From: Spirochaetia bacterium
Lineage (GTDB): Bacteria > Spirochaetota > Spirochaetia > DSM-16054 > Sediminispirochaetaceae
DNA length: 64,000 nt
Reading direction: 5' to 3'
Assembly (NCBI GenBank): GCA_034520965.1
Contig: JAXHMY010000001.1
Coordinates: 736,001 to 800,000 of the forward strand
Shown: piece by piece, positions 59,132 through 64,000 of the stretch
Layout of the letters: each line of letters begins with the position of its first letter
Numbering within the stretch: the first letter of the stretch is position 1
Made by a program: the position numbers and the translations under genes
The notes under the pieces: generated by a model
What the model was told of the DNA's origin: nothing
Database searches by the model: none
Seen by the model: the letters and a program-made list of their open reading frames with translations, nothing else

Positions 59132-60256
59132 ATGGAACGTATACCCGTTGCAATTTTAGGAGCTACCGGAACTGTCGGGCAGAAGTTTATTACTCTTCTG
59201 CACGAGCACCCCTATTTTACCATTCGCGAATTGGTCGCATCTCCCCGGAACGAAGGTAAAACCTACCGAGAAGCCTGTGCCTGGAAACAGAACACAGCCA
59301 TTCCAAGCGAAATAGCTTCTATGAAATTGAAAACCACAGCTACACCTCTTACAAGCACCATTTTATTCTCCGGCCTTGATTCTTCAGTAGCCGGTGAGGT
59401 AGAGAGCAGTTATGCCGACCAGGGGCATATTATCATAAGTAACTCAAAGAACCATCGGATGGACCCCACAGTTCCTCTGGTAATTCCAGAGATAAATCCA
59501 GATCACTTCGCTCTGTTGGCCGATCAACGCTGGAAGGGAGCGGTAATCACAAACTCCAATTGCTCTACCATGTTCCTGGCAATGGCACTTGCCCCTATCG
59601 AAGAGACCTTCGGTATTACCGCCGTGCAAGTAAGCACTATGCAGGCAATTTCAGGCTCCGGTTATCCGGGAGTACCCTCGTACGACATAATAGGGAATGT
59701 TATTCCGTATATAAGTGGTGAAGAAGAGAAGATGGAAGAGGAAACCCAAAAAATTCTGGGAACCCTTGTAGACAACCGTATTCAGGATGCCGAATTCGCC
59801 GTCAGCGCGCAATGCAACCGGGTACCGGTGGTAGATGGACATACCGAAACTATCTCTATCGGCCTGCGTGAAAAGGCCACCCCCGAAGAAGTGAGCCGGG
59901 TTATGGCCGCCTTCCGCGGAATGCCGCAAAAGCTGCAGCTGCCCTCGGCACCACCCCAGCCGCTCTTACTGATGGAAGAAGCCGACCGGCCACAGCCGGC
60001 ACGGGATGTGTGGCTTGAAAATGGTATGGCAACCTTGGTCGGCCGCATCCGCACCTGCCCGGTATTGGACATCCGGATGGTAGTACTGGGGCATAATACA
60101 GTCAGAGGAGCTGCCGGAGCTGCGGTCCTGAATGCAGAGGCCCTGTATAAGCTTGGACTCTTAGGAGAAACCCCCGCCCAGGGCGTCGATATGCTGCAGT
60201 TTAAGCAAAGAGCCGCCGCTCTGCATGAGACCCACGCGCTTATCGGCCAACGATAG
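59132..60256 (+). CDS. asd: Aspartate-semialdehyde dehydrogenase (archaeal/fungal-like type)
   Basis: GATGTVGQ, VPLVIPEIN, NSNCST, QAISGSG, CNRVPVVDGH and HNTVRGAAG. Confidence 0.95.
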   Translation: MERIPVAILGATGTVGQKFITLLHEHPYFTIRELVASPRNEGKTYREACAWKQNTAIPSEIASMKLKTTATPLTSTILFSGLDSSVAGEVESSYADQGHIIISNSKNHRMDPTVPLVIPEINPDHFALLADQRWKGAVITNSNCSTMFLAMALAPIEETFGITAVQVSTMQAISGSGYPGVPSYDIIGNVIPYISGEEEKMEEETQKILGTLVDNRIQDAEFAVSAQCNRVPVVDGHTETISIGLREKATPEEVSRVMAAFRGMPQKLQLPSAPPQPLLLMEEADRPQPARDVWLENGMATLVGRIRTCPVLDIRMVVLGHNTVRGAAGAAVLNAEALYKLGLLGETPAQGVDMLQFKQRAAALHETHALIGQR

Positions 60257-60270
60257 CCCATTCAATACAA

Positions 60271-60302
60271 GAAGGCCGCTGGAATTATCCAGCGGCCTTT
60301 TA
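60271..60302. terminator. Bidirectional terminator between asd and gdhA
   Basis: AAGGCCGCTGGA-ATTA-TCCAGCGGCCTT with flanking A/T tracts. Confidence 0.8.
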
Positions 60303-60349
60303 TCTTTTACAAAGTGCACCTACAGTAACGACTGAGTAAACGACAGGGC

Positions 60350-61684
60350 CTAGTAGCCCATATCCAGCATTGCATCGGCGACCTTCTTGAAGCCGGCTAT
60401 GTTGGCGCCCTTCGGATAATTCACATATCCGTCTTCAGTTCCTTCTTTTATGCATGCATCATGGATGTTGCCCATAATCTGCTTCAACTTCTCATCAACC
60501 TCTTCCTCGGGCCAGGAGAGTTTCATTGAGTTCTGTGACATCTCAAGACCGGACACCGCAACTCCGCCGGCATTGGCGGCTTTACCCGGTCCGAAGGGAA
60601 TTTTGGCTGCCAGAATTTTTTCTACCGCATCGGCGGTGCAGCCCATGTTGGAGGTTTCCACTACGTACTTTACCCCGTTGTTGATAAGCAGATCCGCATC
60701 CTCAGCGGTTAGCTCGTTCTGAATTGCACAGGGGAAGGCCATGTCAACCTTCACTTCCCAGGGCCTCTTGTTCGGTACAAACTTTGCACCAAACTTCTCG
60801 GCATAGGGGGCAACCACATCGTTATTGCTGGCCCGCAGCTCAAGCATGTAGTCCCATTTCTCCTGAGTATTCACTCCATCTTCGTCCAGAACGTATCCAT
60901 CCGGGCCGGAGATAGTAACCACTTTGGCACCTAACTGGGTGGCCTTTATACAGGCACCCCAGGCGACATTTCCAAAACCGGATACGGAGATTCGTTTATC
61001 CTTGAGGGTATCATTGTGGGCTTCTACCATATTTTTTGCAAAATAGAGGGCACCGAAGCCGGTAGCTTCCGGACGAATTACCGATCCGCCCCAGTTGCGG
61101 CCCTTTCCGGTGAGTATGCCGGTATTTTCAATTTGGAGGCGTTTGTAGGCACCATAAAGAAACCCAATTTCCCGGCCGCCCACACCAATGTCGCCGGCGG
61201 GTACATCGGTTTCCGGACCGATGTAGCGGTGCAGCTCGGTCATAAAGGAACGGCAAAATCGCATAATCTCGTTGTCTGATTTACCCTTTGGGTTAAAATC
61301 TGAACCGCCCTTTCCGCCGCCCATCGGCAGAGTTGTAAGGCTATTCTTGAAAATCTGCTCGAATCCCAGAAACTTCAGTCCCCCCAGGGTTACGCTGGGG
61401 TGGAATCGCAGACCACCCTTGTAAGGGCCTAGGGCATTGTTGAACTGGACTCTGTAGGCACGGTTTACGTGAACCTGCCCATCATCATCTTCCCATTCTA
61501 CTTTAAACTGAATAACCCTATCCGGTTCAGTGATACGCTCAAGAATTTTCGCATTTACATAGGCTGGATTCTCATTGACCGTATCAATGATTGTTTCAAC
61601 TACCTCCTTTGTCGCCTGAATAAATTCAGGTTCAGAAGGGTTTTTTCTTTCAATCTCTGCCATAAACTGATCTAAATTATACAT
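60350..61684 (-). CDS. gdhA: NAD(P)-specific glutamate dehydrogenase
   Basis: GPYKGGLRFHP, GGGKGG, DVPAGDIGVG, RPEATG, SGFGNVA and KAANAGGV; ATG 61684 with SD GGAGG. Confidence 0.96.
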   Translation of the reverse strand: MYNLDQFMAEIERKNPSEPEFIQATKEVVETIIDTVNENPAYVNAKILERITEPDRVIQFKVEWEDDDGQVHVNRAYRVQFNNALGPYKGGLRFHPSVTLGGLKFLGFEQIFKNSLTTLPMGGGKGGSDFNPKGKSDNEIMRFCRSFMTELHRYIGPETDVPAGDIGVGGREIGFLYGAYKRLQIENTGILTGKGRNWGGSVIRPEATGFGALYFAKNMVEAHNDTLKDKRISVSGFGNVAWGACIKATQLGAKVVTISGPDGYVLDEDGVNTQEKWDYMLELRASNNDVVAPYAEKFGAKFVPNKRPWEVKVDMAFPCAIQNELTAEDADLLINNGVKYVVETSNMGCTADAVEKILAAKIPFGPGKAANAGGVAVSGLEMSQNSMKLSWPEEEVDEKLKQIMGNIHDACIKEGTEDGYVNYPKGANIAGFKKVADAMLDMGY

Positions 61685-61902
61685 AGTTTCCTCCGTCAAA
61701 TCGTATACCGGTAAATTTTGTACTATTACTTTATCCCGAATTTATTGGGCCGTCAAGTTTTTTCGTAAAGATAATTCTGTAATTTTACTTTTTCCGCAAT
61801 TTTAGTTATCTAAATCGTATTTTTACTCAATATTTAAGATAATGGAAACTGTAAACATAATATGTTATACTTACATTGAATCCCAGGGCTATGGAGAGAT
61901 CA

Positions 61903-64000
61903 ATGGACGAACTACACAGCAGTACCGACAACTACTATTTTAAAGAGACCTCCTTTAAACAACTTATGGCTAACAGGGTTGGTGATATTCTATTAGTCTG
62001 CAGTGAATACGATAAGTTTATGCTGGAAGAGGACGGACGCATCGACGAGCTGCTTTTCCAGGAGTACGTGGCTTTGAACCTGCGCTACCCTCCCAAATTC
62101 ACCCAAGTGTCCAACGCCCATGATGCCTTCGATATGCTCCAAAAGCGTTCATTCGACTTAATAATCACCATGCTTAACATCGGAGACGTAAACGCAATCG
62201 ATCTTGCCAAAAGGATAAAGGAAACCTATCCCTCAAAACCGATTATTGTACTTACTCCCATCTCTACCCGTGAAACCTTAATTAAACTGCGTAACACCGA
62301 CCTTAGTTCCATTGACTACGTCTTTTCCTGGCAGGGCAACCCAAATATTCTGCTGGCAATGGTAAAGCTGGTCGAGGACCGTATGAACGTCGCCTACGAT
62401 GTAAATACCGTCGGGGTCCAGACTGTAGTACTGGTTGAAGATTCGGTACGCTATTACTCCAGCTACTTGCCGATGATCTACCGAACCCTTTTTCGCCAAG
62501 CCCGCTGCCTAATGACCGAAGGGCTGAACGAGTGGCAGCAAACAATGCGTATGCGCGGGCGGCCTAAGATTCTTCTAGCCCGAACCTACGAAGAAGCACT
62601 TAAGCTGTACAGTACGTATAAACACAATTTACTGGGAATTATCTCCGATATCACCTATAGGAAGGGCGGCGAAATGGACAAGCATGCCGGCCTAAAGCTG
62701 TGCGAACACATTAGAAGCGAGAACAAGGAACTCCCGATACTTATCCAGTCCAGTCACCTGGACCATGAACCCGATGCGCTCAGCTACAATGCTTCCTTTA
62801 TCTATAAGCACTCAAAAACCCTGCTCAAAGAGTTAAAAGAGTATATACGTCTCAACTACGGCTTTGGTGATTTCGTATTTCGCGATCCTGTTACTCTGGC
62901 GCCGATTATGCGGGCCCATGACTTGTGGAACCTGCAGCATCGACTTATGGAAGTACCCGACGAATCGCTCAAGTTTCATATAGAAAACAACGATATATCC
63001 AAGTGGCTGAAAGCCAGGGCCCTGTTTACCCTGGCAAACTACCTGCGTCCAAAGCAGCTGAGTGATTTTAAAGATGTACAAGAGGCCAAAGAGTTTATTG
63101 TAAATGCAATTAAGGATTTTAGAATACAGGAGGGACGCGGTACGATTGCCGAGTTCCAGCGGGACCGCTTCGATGAGATCTCCTTTTTCAGCCGTATCGG
63201 TTCCGGGTCGCTGGGCGGAAAGGGCCGCGGCTTGGCTTTTATCGACCTGCAGCTGAAGCACAAACGGATCTCCTATAAGTATCCGGGAGTAGTGGTCACA
63301 ATCCCGCGTACCGTGGTGCTCACTACCCAGGTGTTTGATGATTTCATGGAGGCGAACTCCCTGTATGAGGTTGCTCTGACTGAGCGTAGTGATAAAGAGC
63401 TGCTCGAAGCCTTTCTTGAGGCACACCTGCCTCAGAGGTTGAACGAAGATCTGGCTGCAATACTGGGGGTGGTTACCAAGCCGCTTGCAGTTCGCTCATC
63501 AAGTCTGCTGGAAGACTCCCATTACCAGCCCTTTGCCGGAATCTACGACACCTTTATGCTGCCGAACAATCATAACCAGTTTGAACACCGCTTTCAAGAC
63601 CTCTCAAACGCAGTAAAAAGCGTGTTTGCCTCCACCTACTACAAGGGCAGCAAAGATTATATGCGCGCCACTGGAAATATGGTTGAAGAAGAAAAAATGG
63701 GCGTCATAATACAGGAGATCACCGGCCAAGTGTACGACAAGCTCTGTTATCCCAACATCTCGGGAGTTGCCCGATCACTGAACTTTTATCCGGTGGAGAA
63801 TGAAAAACCCGACGGCGGAATTGCAAATATTGCCTTTGGCTTGGGAAAAACGGTGGTGGACGGAGGAGTTTCCCTGCGCTTCTCCCCGAGTTCGCCCAAA
63901 AAAATTATGCAACTCTCCTCTATCGATTCGGCATTAAAGGAAACCCAGAAGGAGTTCTATGCGGTTGATATGTCTCCGGACAGCTTTTGCGCCAGGAGTT
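61903..64000 (+). CDS. Receiver-like plus PEP/pyruvate-binding (PPDK_N ATP-grasp) protein; runs off the right edge
   Basis: Not in the ORF track; open to the window end. MDELHSS...ILLVCSEYDKFMLEEDG, VVLVEDSVRYYS, IGSGSLGGKGRGLAF, PLAVRSSSLLEDSHYQPFAGIY and FGLGKTVVDG. Confidence 0.88.
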   Translation, partial: MDELHSSTDNYYFKETSFKQLMANRVGDILLVCSEYDKFMLEEDGRIDELLFQEYVALNLRYPPKFTQVSNAHDAFDMLQKRSFDLIITMLNIGDVNAIDLAKRIKETYPSKPIIVLTPISTRETLIKLRNTDLSSIDYVFSWQGNPNILLAMVKLVEDRMNVAYDVNTVGVQTVVLVEDSVRYYSSYLPMIYRTLFRQARCLMTEGLNEWQQTMRMRGRPKILLARTYEEALKLYSTYKHNLLGIISDITYRKGGEMDKHAGLKLCEHIRSENKELPILIQSSHLDHEPDALSYNASFIYKHSKTLLKELKEYIRLNYGFGDFVFRDPVTLAPIMRAHDLWNLQHRLMEVPDESLKFHIENNDISKWLKARALFTLANYLRPKQLSDFKDVQEAKEFIVNAIKDFRIQEGRGTIAEFQRDRFDEISFFSRIGSGSLGGKGRGLAFIDLQLKHKRISYKYPGVVVTIPRTVVLTTQVFDDFMEANSLYEVALTERSDKELLEAFLEAHLPQRLNEDLAAILGVVTKPLAVRSSSLLEDSHYQPFAGIYDTFMLPNNHNQFEHRFQDLSNAVKSVFASTYYKGSKDYMRATGNMVEEEKMGVIIQEITGQVYDKLCYPNISGVARSLNFYPVENEKPDGGIANIAFGLGKTVVDGGVSLRFSPSSPKKIMQLSSIDSALKETQKEFYAVDMSPDSFCARS

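Noticed and set aside
62278..63426. Minus-strand ORFs 62278..62499, 62303..62545, 62833..63426 and 63039..63263
   Set aside because: They are antisense to the open PPDK-N-type gene on the plus strand.

Overview
A gene-dense bacterial chromosome segment, most likely from a free-living anaerobic spirochaete (class Spirochaetia). This is inferred from a DUF6675-like gene, a solute-binding protein with a spirochaete-style 'FGEGQQE' N-terminus, a hexokinase-family glucose kinase and a fused PurL. Housekeeping genes include purL (partial), alaX, acnA, pduO, msrA, arcA-argF-rtcB, nrdJ, ktrBA, fhs, asd, gdhA and a partial receiver/PPDK-N protein. A ~20 kb glycerol/sugar catabolic region holds a ferredoxin, glpK, a DeoR regulator, an Ldh_2 dehydrogenase plus malic enzyme, an MCP, a rhizobial-type GlpSTPQUV ABC transporter and a three-subunit flavoprotein G3P dehydrogenase. 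It is followed by sucrose phosphorylase and an unknown 631-aa glycosyltransferase-like protein. Mobile DNA comprises one 1.3 kb IS with 21-bp terminal inverted repeats and an IS1/IS1595-like DDN transposase, and four copies of a ~140-bp double-hairpin MITE-like element showing compensatory stem changes and apparent target duplications. Several genes appear to be leaderless. About ten genes carry frameshifts, many at homopolymers, which most likely reflect long-read consensus errors rather than true pseudogenes. No rRNA, tRNA or CRISPR array was seen. All family assignments are from motif recognition, not database searches.
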